In this document: one piece after another, positions 25,753 to 36,100 of the stretch | Position numbering within the stretch: position 1 is the stretch's first letter | Layout: each line of letters begins with the position of its first letter | Virus record (IMG/VR): IMGVR_UViG_3300028596_000001 | Length of the DNA: 64,000 nt | DNA from: a virus | Lineage: Duplodnaviria > Caudoviricetes | Direction: 5' to 3' (one strand) | Made by a program: the position numbers and the translations under genes | Notes under the pieces: model-generated | The model's input: only the letters and a program-made list of their open reading frames with translations | Databases searched by the model: none | What the model was told of the DNA's origin: nothing

Positions 25753-26238
25753 TCAAACCTTAGTTCTGTTAAGTTGGAGACCGGCAGCAGCCAGCTGGTC
25801 CCGCATTGAGTAAACGTTGTCCAGGCATTCCTTCAACGCCTGGATGTCTTTACGATCTTGCGCGGCCTTTAATGGGGGACGTTCAGGATGGTTCGCCATG
25901 ATTTCTTTTTGTTTGATGAGTTGTTCCGGATGGTAGATCCAGATACCCAAATAATCCATGACATGAACTTTGTCAATCCCCGTAGGCAGCATGTGGAGAT
26001 CCACCATGCCGTCCCATGCGATAAGCTCGCCAGTAAGACCTTGCTGAGCCCCTTTTCGTGCTTTATGTTTTTCGAAGAAGTCCACGGGCACGTCCACATC
26101 CAGGTCACTGGTATATTTACGCAAACCCAACAGAACCAAAGCAGCACCGGCGGACAGTACTACCTTTTCGTAAGGCAACCCTAGTTCAACGCAGAGTTGC
26201 TTATAACGACGAGATACAGCAGCACGATCTAGACTCAT
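25753..26238 (-). CDS. Nucleotidyltransferase-fold protein (intact DxD)
   Basis: VLSAGAALVLLGLRKYTSDLDVDV ... KAAQDRKDIQAL. Confidence 0.75.
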   Translation of the reverse strand: MSLDRAAVSRRYKQLCVELGLPYEKVVLSAGAALVLLGLRKYTSDLDVDVPVDFFEKHKARKGAQQGLTGELIAWDGMVDLHMLPTGIDKVHVMDYLGIWIYHPEQLIKQKEIMANHPERPPLKAAQDRKDIQALKECLDNVYSMRDQLAAAGLQLNRTKV

Positions 26239-26246
26239 GGCATTAC

Positions 26247-26561
26247 CTACCCTAACATGTTTTCATTCATGTGACCGATGATGTTCTCGATGCTCTGGGC
26301 GTCAATTGAGGTGTACGCCGGGTTCAGGGCGGTATAGTTGATACCTTTCATACCCATCGAATCGAAGTTCACCAACGCCTGGTTCATCCCATGGAACTCC
26401 ACAACGGCCGTCTTAGGACCACTGTTTTGTTGAATGGTGATGTACGCCACACCTTGTCCAGCAAACGAGGGGATCAGCACCCCGGTCTTGTCCTGAGTTA
26501 CGCGAACTGGAAGTTTCACTGGTGAATTCCCTTGTGTAGAAAACTGGCTATAGCCGTTCAT
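26247..26561 (-). CDS. Hypothetical early protein
   Basis: 104 aa, first ORF after the promoter at 26653. Confidence 0.7.
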   Translation of the reverse strand: MNGYSQFSTQGNSPVKLPVRVTQDKTGVLIPSFAGQGVAYITIQQNSGPKTAVVEFHGMNQALVNFDSMGMKGINYTALNPAYTSIDAQSIENIIGHMNENMLG

Positions 26562-26616
26562 ATGGTTTGATGCTTCCCAAAATATGTTCAGACATCGGCT
26601 AACCTAACAAGGGAAT

Positions 26617-26639
26617 CAGGATAAGCGAAACTTATCCTG
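26617..26639 (-). promoter_or_regulatory. 5' leader hairpin of the early transcript
   Basis: caggataag-tttcg-cttatcctg, 14 nt downstream of the promoter core. Confidence 0.55.
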
Positions 26640-26652
26640 TTCATACATCGTA

Positions 26653-26660
26653 GTAATATA
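26653..26660 (-). promoter_or_regulatory. phiKZ-type early promoter (TATATTAC)
   Basis: Minus strand CTATATTACtaCGATGTA. Confidence 0.75.
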
Positions 26661-26675
26661 GGTCCAAAATAAATC

Positions 26676-29144
26676 TTAGACTACCACGCTGTGCTTGTTA
26701 GGGGTGCCGGGTAATGTCAGTCCCTCGTACTTAAAGGCAATGATATTCGGATCCTTGAGGATACCGTATTGCCCGAAATAGTGAGAGACCATGAAGAGTT
26801 GCCGTGGGTTCTTGCCCTGCGTGTATTCCTGGATGAAGTTAAAGAAGCGGCCGCGCTTGATCTCGTCAAACGACACACCAACCTCATCCATGATCAACGG
26901 AGTAGGGAACCCTACGTATGCAGCCAATACAAAACGAAACGCCCAGTCAATCATGTCGGTTTCACCGGCAGAGCATTCCGAGATATCCGGGGTGGGGTCA
27001 GCATCACCCGTCACCACTGGGAACTTGTAATTGAGGTCCCCGTTCTCTTTGTTGCAAGGTTTCACATAAAGAGTGGTGTTCCAGATTTCTTTAATAACAG
27101 TGTTGACGTTACCGCACAACGAATTGATGAAGTCGCTCATCAACTTACCAATGATACCCTTGCTAGGGCACAGGCCATCCATCAGGATCTCGACGGTCTT
27201 GAGTCGAGCACGCATCCGGTTAATGTCAGAGGTAATGGATTCCACTACCGCTGTCAGGCTCTTGGCGTTGATGATCGAACTCATGTGTTCGTCTTTCATG
27301 CCAGTCAGTTCAGAAACCCGAGTGTCTACCAAGTCACGCAACTGAACGTTAGCACGGTTAGCCATGCCTTCCAGGAGTTCTACTTGCAAGAGACGAACTT
27401 CTTCGATCTCCCGCTCATAGTTGGCGATGCTCATCAACTCTTCGTTAAGCAAGAACACCCGGCGCTTGTAGAAAGAGATCTGGTTATTCACACCCACCAA
27501 ATCAGTCTCAAGGTTCTGGACATGTGTTGCGATATCCAAAACGTTATCTTGGCTGATAAGGTCCAAGCGAGCGTCTACAACCTTCTTCTCATCGAACAGG
27601 GTCTGTCGGTAAGCAATCACCCCAACACGGCACATAAACGCATCCAGGACGTTACAGAGGGGTCCTGCTGGCGACTTACCAATGTTGTACGAACGAATCA
27701 GTTCTGGAAGTACCCGAACGTTACCATTCTCCCGAACAAAGTTATAAAGCTGGTTCATTGTCAGATACCATTCGGCATCGTTTTCAATACGCAGATCCAA
27801 AGCTTTACTTTGAGCAGTTAGTCGTTCTACCTGGCCATATTGCGCCGCAATGGTTTCTTGCAGCGTGGCAATGTCCTTTTGGGTAATCCCTACCTTAAAT
27901 GTGCTGGTGCAATCAGGACACTCGATATTCTCAGCCGACTGGTAGTGACGGAGTTTATGCTCCATCTGTTCCAATTGCGATTTAAGGTTACGCAGCTTGT
28001 TGCCTAGTTGTTCCTGATCCAGCAGCAACTGCTTATAAGCGCCGCTGGTGAGACTTTCGTCACTCAGGGTAACAACCCTACCCAAGTACTCTTTAAACCT
28101 GCCTACGACGTACTCCAGGCCTGTAAAGACCATCTCTGGGTCATCGAACACCGGCTGGTTGTTAAGCAGGTTGTTATAACGCTCCAGATCCTTATTGGTT
28201 CGCGCCAAGTCCTCGTCGATGTGCTTGGCTTGGTCCTTGAAAGCACCAGGATCTTTCAGGAAGTCATCCAATCCTTCGAGGTAGGAGGCGTGCTCCGCGA
28301 TAACCCCTTTCAGAACGTTGGCCTTGTCCTGATACTTGCTCAGCATGCCGTCTGCTGTGTCATAGGCCGACTCAAGCTCTTCCTTAGAGAACTGAACACC
28401 GCTGAGGTTATTTACCAACAGCTTGTCCACCAAGAAAGTATAACGATCATGTTTACTACGCAGATTAGGATCCATCTTAGCCGATTCCAAACGCCCACGC
28501 ATTAACAACGAACTTTGCAGATCTTGATCGACCTGCTTAATCCGACGCTCGAGTTCCTCTACCCCACAATTACTAAGTGTGGAGAGTTTACGGTTCTCTT
28601 CGGTGTGGCGTTCGATCTGCTTCTTGATCGTTGACTTGAGGTCGTTACGTTCTTGTCGCAGTTTCGAGTAAACCCCCAACGCGTATTCCGTGTCGTTAGG
28701 GTAGACCTGGAGGATAACTTCCTTGCGACGGTTAGGTGACATGGCCGAAAGACGGTCTACCATCTTCAAGCCGTTCAGGATCCGAATCAATCCGCCGTCT
28801 GCTTTGCCGAAGTGGTTGTAGACCAATTCTTTCTGTGCACTGTAAGTACCGCCAGTGTTCAGCTCAGGACCGTCGTCAATTTTAAAGCTATGACCGTTAC
28901 CCACCCCGGTGTAACTGTCGAGTTTGTACGTCCGCTTATTGTGTATGTATTCCACATACTTCCGCCCACCACGGTAGTTACCGTTCTCTGGTGGTAGCGG
29001 ATTAAGTTCTTTTAAGCACGACGTCTTCCCCACGCCATTTGGCGCAATAAACAAATTGATCATGCTGCGCGTGTCCAACTCAATCTTGGTGATCCCACTC
29101 GACAGCAAAGGAATGTAATTTTCGAGAATCAGTTTTACAAGCAT
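26676..29144 (-). CDS. SbcC/Rad50-like SMC ATPase
   Basis: Walker A APNGVGKT, coiled coils, CPDC hook, SAGE signature, Walker B LIMDE; start reassigned to ATG 29144. Confidence 0.92.
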   Translation of the reverse strand: MLVKLILENYIPLLSSGITKIELDTRSMINLFIAPNGVGKTSCLKELNPLPPENGNYRGGRKYVEYIHNKRTYKLDSYTGVGNGHSFKIDDGPELNTGGTYSAQKELVYNHFGKADGGLIRILNGLKMVDRLSAMSPNRRKEVILQVYPNDTEYALGVYSKLRQERNDLKSTIKKQIERHTEENRKLSTLSNCGVEELERRIKQVDQDLQSSLLMRGRLESAKMDPNLRSKHDRYTFLVDKLLVNNLSGVQFSKEELESAYDTADGMLSKYQDKANVLKGVIAEHASYLEGLDDFLKDPGAFKDQAKHIDEDLARTNKDLERYNNLLNNQPVFDDPEMVFTGLEYVVGRFKEYLGRVVTLSDESLTSGAYKQLLLDQEQLGNKLRNLKSQLEQMEHKLRHYQSAENIECPDCTSTFKVGITQKDIATLQETIAAQYGQVERLTAQSKALDLRIENDAEWYLTMNQLYNFVRENGNVRVLPELIRSYNIGKSPAGPLCNVLDAFMCRVGVIAYRQTLFDEKKVVDARLDLISQDNVLDIATHVQNLETDLVGVNNQISFYKRRVFLLNEELMSIANYEREIEEVRLLQVELLEGMANRANVQLRDLVDTRVSELTGMKDEHMSSIINAKSLTAVVESITSDINRMRARLKTVEILMDGLCPSKGIIGKLMSDFINSLCGNVNTVIKEIWNTTLYVKPCNKENGDLNYKFPVVTGDADPTPDISECSAGETDMIDWAFRFVLAAYVGFPTPLIMDEVGVSFDEIKRGRFFNFIQEYTQGKNPRQLFMVSHYFGQYGILKDPNIIAFKYEGLTLPGTPNKHSVVV

Positions 29145-29199
29145 GGTATAGATTTCCTTAACGGATACCTGTCCTTTTCTAAAGTATGGAGTACGTGGT

Positions 29200-30198
29200 A
29201 TGAGTTTATTGCAGTTTCTCGGAGTGGGTACCGTTACCGCTACCAAGGACACCAATACCAACGAAGTAATGGTTTACGCTCCGTTCTTATTTCCGCAGGC
29301 TGAGGGTCGTCTGTCGGCAAACGCTGAACGGGTAGAACGGGTAAGTAAGAACGCCGCTGGTGAAGAAGTTCGTAGTACTGCTTTAAAGAGCAATAGTATT
29401 CCGGCTGTCTGGCGGAAGATGGATAACAGTAACCGTATCTCAGCTCCTGACGTTCGGGAGGGCAGTAAGGTAAGCATCTACCGCATCCCAGGTCAGAACG
29501 TTTACTACTGGTCACTGGATGGGGTGAACCCTGATACCTTCCGGATGGAGACAGTCCAGTACGGTTGGAACGCTAACCCTCACGTAGGGGAAAACGGAGA
29601 GTTCGAGGTAGACAACTTCTACCTGCTCAACTTTGACACACGTAACGGTCTTATCCAACTCCGTACCAGTGAGGCCAACGGCGAAGCTACTACCTTCGAT
29701 ATCCAGATCAATACCAAAACTGGTACGATCAACTTCGGTGGTAAGAACGGTAGCATGCTGAAGTATGACGACGTCGAGCGCTCGTTTACTTACACCAACC
29801 AAGACGGTAGTGTGTTGCGGGTGGTGAAGGAAGAGATAATCGCCCATGCCCCGAAGAGTATCTCTCTGTTCACTGACCAAACCGTTAACCTGAAAACCAA
29901 GACCCTCAAGATCCAGGCAGAAGAAGCTTTTGTCGATATTGGGGTGACCAAATGGAAGGGGCGTTTCGAACATACCGGGGATAGTACCCAGTTGGGTGAC
30001 CACGACCAGGTAGGACGGACGTCTCAAGAAGGTAACTACATCCAAGAGGGTGATTTCACTCAGGACGGTAACCAGGTTACCTTTGGTCTTATTATCGGTA
30101 CTGAGGACGTACGCACCTCTACCGTTAGTCTTAACCTCCACCCACATAGTGGCGTTGAGGGCGGTAAAGATACTTCGGGCCCGCCCGTACCAAGCTGA
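29200..30198 (+). CDS. Baseplate central spike protein
   Basis: N-terminal OB-like region, beta-helix repeats (GDSTQLGDHDQVG...EGNYIQEGDFTQDG), terminal HPH metal-binding motif. Confidence 0.8.
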   Translation: MSLLQFLGVGTVTATKDTNTNEVMVYAPFLFPQAEGRLSANAERVERVSKNAAGEEVRSTALKSNSIPAVWRKMDNSNRISAPDVREGSKVSIYRIPGQNVYYWSLDGVNPDTFRMETVQYGWNANPHVGENGEFEVDNFYLLNFDTRNGLIQLRTSEANGEATTFDIQINTKTGTINFGGKNGSMLKYDDVERSFTYTNQDGSVLRVVKEEIIAHAPKSISLFTDQTVNLKTKTLKIQAEEAFVDIGVTKWKGRFEHTGDSTQLGDHDQVGRTSQEGNYIQEGDFTQDGNQVTFGLIIGTEDVRTSTVSLNLHPHSGVEGGKDTSGPPVPS

Positions 30199-30202
30199 CA
30201 TA

Positions 30203-30248
30203 TACCTTACTACTCCTACCGGCCCTAAAGCCGGTAGGAGTAGGGGTA
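30203..30248. terminator. Terminator hairpin between convergent genes
   Basis: 14-bp stem ctactcctaccggc/gccggtaggagtag. Confidence 0.7.
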
Positions 30249-30251
30249 CGT

Positions 30252-33149
30252 TTAAATGCGGTCGCGGTTAGTGAAGAAGCGGTTCACACCGTTACCACCA
30301 TCATCGTCGAAGCACGGTACTGCCGTACCACGACGAGTAGCAGTTACCAGGTGGCGATCCAATACCAGGTATTCACGACTCACCGTAAGCACACCGTTAA
30401 CCGAGGTACCGAAGAGGATCTCAGTGTTCGATGTTTCACGGATAGTGTCGCTAGCCATGGCAACCAGAGTATCGCCGTTACGGATCAGGTAGCAGTAGCT
30501 GGTCCCGACAGTCCGGACCTTAACTGCGTAGTCCTTGTCCAGGATGTACGCTCGGCCGTTGATGAACACCTTGGCGCCAGCAGGTACACGTACCCAACCG
30601 GTTTCGTTGATGTCAAACGGATCCACTACCTGTGCCGGGTTCGCCGTGTTCTTACAGTTGGTAGTAAGAGCACCGTTAGCCGGGTCGTATTGATAGACCC
30701 CTTTACGCGGCACCACAAACGCCGGATAGACTTCATCCACCATGTCGATAGACTGACCACTTGGGTACAGGCGGGCGTTGTTAGTAACTACCGCGGTGAT
30801 CACCGGAACGGCATCGTTGATAGCAGGGATGTTGAACGACACGTCCCCGTACAAGTCACCGAATGGGCGAGTAAGAGCGATCGAATAACCAGTAGGGCTA
30901 GTTTGAATAGCCATCAGGTCATTGAAGCTCATCCGCACACCGTCACCAGAGGCAGACACGCGGTACGCACCAGGCAGGCTAGAAACAGCCGGAGTAACGA
31001 TAGTAGTCTTAACACCGCCACCAGGGACGAAGTCGAGAACGAACTGACCGTTAATGATCGACCATGGAGCAACACCTACCTCAGCGTGGCAAAGTCCATC
31101 AGACAACACGAACACAGCCTTGTTAGCCGTCAATGCAAACACTTGGATCTGCGGTTCACGGAAACGAGCGATGCCCGCAGGGATAGGACTACGCGCTGCA
31201 GCCCGGTCGAGCATGGCGCTGGCACTGGCCTGCAAGGACATCAACGAGATCGGCGAGAGACTAACCACCGATCCCAGGGTCAAGGTTCCGTTAACATAGC
31301 TAAAGGAACTGTAACCTTGGTAGTTGTTGTTCTTGGTGAAGGCCAATGGATTAACCGACACACCGTCTACCGAAGACGAGACGTAGCAGGACAACGCCGT
31401 AGGGAACGCATTCAGTTTCTCTTGACGGATATTCAGGTCAGGCAAACGAATGCCGAACTTGTTACCCGAGTCAGTGGTGATGAAACCTGCAGTGTTCCAG
31501 GTGAGTTCCTGCCAACGATAACGACCAGTGCCTACGTCCAACCCGTAAACCAGGTAAGTAGACTCAGCGCCGACGTGTTTGATCGGAATGATCCGTTCTG
31601 GCAATGCGGTGAAGCACGCGTGCCGTGCAGGAACCATCGTCTCAGTGGTGGCTTCTTTCATATCTACATAAGGACGTGGCCCGGCTACCCAGGCTTTAAT
31701 GCCCTTCAAATCGGTTGTGAAGCGTTTAACCCGCATGCAGTACTTGCCATGTCGCGCTTTAACTACTTCGCCGTTATCGAGCACACAGCCCGGCAGGTGG
31801 GTGGGGGAGTTCATGTTCCAGCGGTTGCCTTGTTCCATCCACTGCTTCCCAGCAGGAACCACCAAGTCATTCGCCAGTACATCTTTAACCCGACTACCTA
31901 CTACTCTGACGTTAGCCATACCACCAGCCCGCAAAGTACCCGGGATGATCGATTCAACGAAGCGCCAGGTCACGTACTTGGAAGTACCGTCTGGCAGGGT
32001 GATGGTCACACCAACCGAGATAAACAGGTATGCTTCGTAATCCTGGGCGTTCCAGAACAGAGCGGTAGTGATCCCGTGGGTATCAGCACCAATCGTTACT
32101 GTAGCGCCTGGGGGCAGGGTGATGAAGTCAGCCAGGTTGTAGTTGTGGGTACCCTGAGCAGGACCACTGGTAATCCCAGTCATCCCATCGAAGTTCGCCA
32201 TGTACGACGAGTCCACGATGTTAACCATCGTTGGATCGGTTTCCAGAGCGTTCACTCGATAAAAGCGATGATGCACAGTGATCTGCCCACCAGCACCAGG
32301 GACCACTGCCGCTGCGATACCCTTATAAACCACACCGCCATAACCACGGTACATCAGGAACGAACGGGATTCCGAGGCAACCAACCCAGTAGCGTTCTTG
32401 AACTCGTAGATGGACTTGTCAGCGATAGGGTGGAAGAACCCAACGGTGCCAGCGCTGGACACACCGGCAACGTTGTTCCAACCCAAACCGGTGTAGAAGT
32501 TACGGCAGTTGAGGATCTCTTCCAGCTGGGTTTTACGAGCTACGTTGGTTGGTCCGCTGAGGAACAGACTCTGGCGCTCGAAAGACGCCGGACTCTGTCT
32601 TGGCGAGAACACCATCCGATCACCGTTGAGTAGGATCGGTACCCGGCCAGCAGTAGCCCCGCTATCCAGGTAACGGGTAGGCTCAGGTCGGCTAGGTGGG
32701 GCGGTAGGGTAGTCGTCTGGCATGTAGTAGCCAGCCATTTGCAATACGTCGTTCTCCTGGTAAGCACCAGCCTCGAATGCATAGGTGTTGGAGACGATTG
32801 CCTGTTTAACCCCTTGCGGAGTCATGAAGGCGTCCACGTTAGCCAAAGCAATCTGCTCGGCCAAGGTCGCCACACGGAAGTTATCCTTCAAGCCCAAACT
32901 AATGGTGCTCTTGGTTTCCCCGTGTACAGCCCCGGTGGAGTTAATGTGGGCATCGATGGGAATGACCACTTCATTAATAAAGGCATTGAGGCTGTCGGTG
33001 AATTCGTGCAGACGGCCTTTGGTACCTTCGTTAAATTCGGTGGTCTTTTCCTGAAAGTAATAAGCCATGTCATTGAGCTTACTGATCACCACCCCAAACC
33101 TGGGATTGGGTTCCTCAATGAACGGCGAGTCACCACCATGTACAAGCAT
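30252..33149 (-). CDS. Tail fibre/baseplate-associated virion protein (paralog 3)
   Basis: 965 aa; HGETKSTISLG...NFRVAT...FMTPQG module and C-terminal domain shared with the 33200 and 36979 genes. Confidence 0.75.
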   Translation of the reverse strand: MLVHGGDSPFIEEPNPRFGVVISKLNDMAYYFQEKTTEFNEGTKGRLHEFTDSLNAFINEVVIPIDAHINSTGAVHGETKSTISLGLKDNFRVATLAEQIALANVDAFMTPQGVKQAIVSNTYAFEAGAYQENDVLQMAGYYMPDDYPTAPPSRPEPTRYLDSGATAGRVPILLNGDRMVFSPRQSPASFERQSLFLSGPTNVARKTQLEEILNCRNFYTGLGWNNVAGVSSAGTVGFFHPIADKSIYEFKNATGLVASESRSFLMYRGYGGVVYKGIAAAVVPGAGGQITVHHRFYRVNALETDPTMVNIVDSSYMANFDGMTGITSGPAQGTHNYNLADFITLPPGATVTIGADTHGITTALFWNAQDYEAYLFISVGVTITLPDGTSKYVTWRFVESIIPGTLRAGGMANVRVVGSRVKDVLANDLVVPAGKQWMEQGNRWNMNSPTHLPGCVLDNGEVVKARHGKYCMRVKRFTTDLKGIKAWVAGPRPYVDMKEATTETMVPARHACFTALPERIIPIKHVGAESTYLVYGLDVGTGRYRWQELTWNTAGFITTDSGNKFGIRLPDLNIRQEKLNAFPTALSCYVSSSVDGVSVNPLAFTKNNNYQGYSSFSYVNGTLTLGSVVSLSPISLMSLQASASAMLDRAAARSPIPAGIARFREPQIQVFALTANKAVFVLSDGLCHAEVGVAPWSIINGQFVLDFVPGGGVKTTIVTPAVSSLPGAYRVSASGDGVRMSFNDLMAIQTSPTGYSIALTRPFGDLYGDVSFNIPAINDAVPVITAVVTNNARLYPSGQSIDMVDEVYPAFVVPRKGVYQYDPANGALTTNCKNTANPAQVVDPFDINETGWVRVPAGAKVFINGRAYILDKDYAVKVRTVGTSYCYLIRNGDTLVAMASDTIRETSNTEILFGTSVNGVLTVSREYLVLDRHLVTATRRGTAVPCFDDDGGNGVNRFFTNRDRI

Positions 33150-33170
33150 GTAGTTCTCCTGTAAAGAACT

Positions 33171-33190
33171 GGGTGGGTTTTACCCCACCC
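33171..33190. terminator. Intergenic hairpin
   Basis: gggtggg-tttta-ccccaccc. Confidence 0.5.
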
Positions 33191-33199
33191 TAACAGAGT

Positions 33200-36100
33200 T
33201 TAAGGAAGCAATTCAGCAGCACGCAGGAACGTGAAGTTACCATCATCCTGAGGGAAGCCAGAGCTCACCGGGATAATGCCGCCCTTACGACTGTAGCTCA
33301 GTTCCAGGTCGCCGATCATGAATGGCTGACGCCGCTCGATGAGCAGGATCTGGTTAGGCCCAGTAGTAACGGTAGCTGCGTGGATGAGTTTGCCACTTTG
33401 CCGCAACTTGGTGTCGGAGATAATGTAATGCCCTTTCTCCCCGACGATTGTGGCGTATACCCAATACTTCTTGTTCTGTGGTGCCGGATCAAGGTCACGC
33501 AGATCTTGGATACCCGTAGGCATCCGGTGCATTGTCCCGTTGATCATCAGTTCTACTTCTTCGAGGAAGAAGATAGCCCAAGCCACTTCGGGATAAGCAG
33601 TGATCGTTGCGTAGTAGCTGGTGTCCGCCCCATTGACTACAGGGAAGATCCGACAAGCACCACCAGACGAATAGATGAGCTCAGTAATGCTAGCACGATT
33701 AGCAACCGACCGATTCACCACGTCGCCTCGGGTACGTCCTACCTTAGGGATGTTGGTAATCGCGTCACCTTCTACCCAATCGGTAACAGTTCCTCCCAAG
33801 TTGGTGATCGCCCCAGTGCCGATATCCAGATCAAAGATAGTCAGGTCCATCAGCTGCGTACCAGTAACGGAAACGAAAGCCGAATTGTAGGCTGCCTTGA
33901 AAGTATTACCGGTCCGGTACATGCTCAACATGCCACGGTTTACGAGGTAAGCCGACCAGCCAGCACGCGAAGGAACTGCGTGATCGAGCTGAACGTACTC
34001 ACCTGGATCGCTGAGTACCTGGAAATCGGTAATCAGGTAGCAACCGGGGTGGTTTGCATTAGGTGCTTCCACAATAGGACGGATGTGGAGTAGCCGGGCG
34101 TTCAAGATGGGCGATGAGGCGTCCGCACGTTCCGGATACTTCATGTGCAGAATCGCACTATTCAGACCAGCAAACATCCCACCTACGGCACCGTCCAGCA
34201 TGTTCACGGTGAAGGACCAGAAAGCTCCTTGCTTAGCCGGAGGAATCAAACTACGCACTTTAGCCTTGAACGATTCGGACAACCCGTAATAATCGTTAGG
34301 CTCGTACATCATCTTCTGGTTTGCCACGTCCAGGGTGCGACGGTAGGTTTTAGGGAAGGTGAGGAAAGCTCCTGCTGGGTTAGGTGCCTGGAATGCTTCC
34401 GAAGGCAAGGTAAGGCGAGACAGCATATACAACGATGCACTAGACCAACCACAGCAAGCCATACTCATGTTACCAGCACCAACTCCCCGTGCCGCCAACT
34501 CTGCTGCCGAACCAGTAATACTGATCACTGCTTCGAAAACAGACATGTTGGTGTCGTACACAGTGTTAACCAAAGGCCGGCTGTAAACCTGGCCATAGTT
34601 AATGTTGGAGACCTGGGGACGGATCGCATAATCACCACTCACATTCCGACAAACCACTTTGGCATGAATGCCTGCGTTGGCCGGACGGTTAATGGTGGTT
34701 GGCGTAGTTACGAAGTTCTCTCCTTCAAACTCGTAGGCCAGATATCGTGTACTCAAACCAATCGGAACTGGGGTAAGGATGTTCCGACGTCTGAGCTGGA
34801 TGTTGTGCGCCTTGATACGGTCAGTTCCAACGTGCCCCCGCAACAGCTCCTCCCTGCTGTTAATGACCTGACCACTGGAACTATACGCCCACTTAGTAGT
34901 CTGGATGAAGCTATTGAGCGGGACCATTTCCGCAGCATCGTCGGTTACGCCGCCCACGGTCTCACCCTGTGGGGTGGTAATAACCGCCTGCTTAACAAAA
35001 CGAACTGTGTAGTTATACCAGTTCATCATTTTTGTACGTTCGTTGACCCAGCCCACCGGGTCATTGTAGTCGACGTTAAACGTTGGCTGTGTGTACAGAG
35101 ACGTCATCGCACCAGTAGCGAGGTTGATCTCGTAAACTACGTTGGTGATAGCCTGAACCGGGTTAAAACCCAACCCTGGTGGGGTGTAGTCAAAGAACGT
35201 AAACAACACGACGTTCAAATAGGCTACGTTAGCCGCTCCAGTCTTCTTGGCCATCATCGGCAAGATACGGCGACTGAACTGACCGTTAGTGTTCGCTGCC
35301 AACGGGATAGGGCTAAAGGTGTAACGACCCCAACGAACAATCCCACCATTAACAATCTGACGCTGGGCGTATTCCCAGTGATTGTAATTGGAGTAAACCA
35401 CACCGTCGTAGTCTGGGTAAGTGATCTTGATCAATTCCCAGGTAGCTGGAGTAGCGTCGATCAGTGCTTGTTTAGGAATTCTCCAGAAGCTCAGACGACC
35501 TGCCGAGTGGATACCACCATCCGTGTTATATCCGTGGGATTCAACTACCAGGATCGCCCAGTCATCAATCAGGTTAACCGACATCCGCCCGTGGTATGGA
35601 TAGACATCGAGTTTACTGGTAGGGCTGATAGCCCCAATCTGCGCATAGACCGGAGCCATGTTGACTTTGATGTACCGGTGTCCCGCCGGGTCAAAGCTGT
35701 TATTGGTGAGGGCCAAATACCATTTATCGTTTACAGTCGGGTTTGACCCATAGGTCTGACCGACCATGATGATGTCGTTACCACTACCCATGATGATCGC
35801 ATCGGGTTCTACCCCAATGTTGGTCAGTACTGGCGGTTCGTACTTATAAGCGGTATAGATGAAGTCATACAACTTGTTCGGGTTGAACGGACCGTTGTAA
35901 TCACTCAGCGTGGAGAAGTACAACCCCTCGTTGCGGCCATCGAAATGGTTTTGGATGATAACGGTACGACCATCCGGCTCGATACAAATACCCATGCACT
36001 CAGAACGACTACCCAGCCCCTCGAAGGAACCAGTAATGATCGGAGGGATGTACCCGCCGTTACTGAACTTGCTTACCGGCAAGATACCAGCACGCATTGC

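Noticed and set aside
26769-28505. Plus-strand ORFs opposite the SbcC-like gene
   Set aside because: Antisense shadows
33197-33215. Identical CTT CCT TAA A endings of the 33200 and 36979 genes as possible recoding sites
   Set aside because: No in-frame XXXYYYZ heptamer and no meaningful peptide in the alternative frames; explained by paralogy (ELLP-stop)
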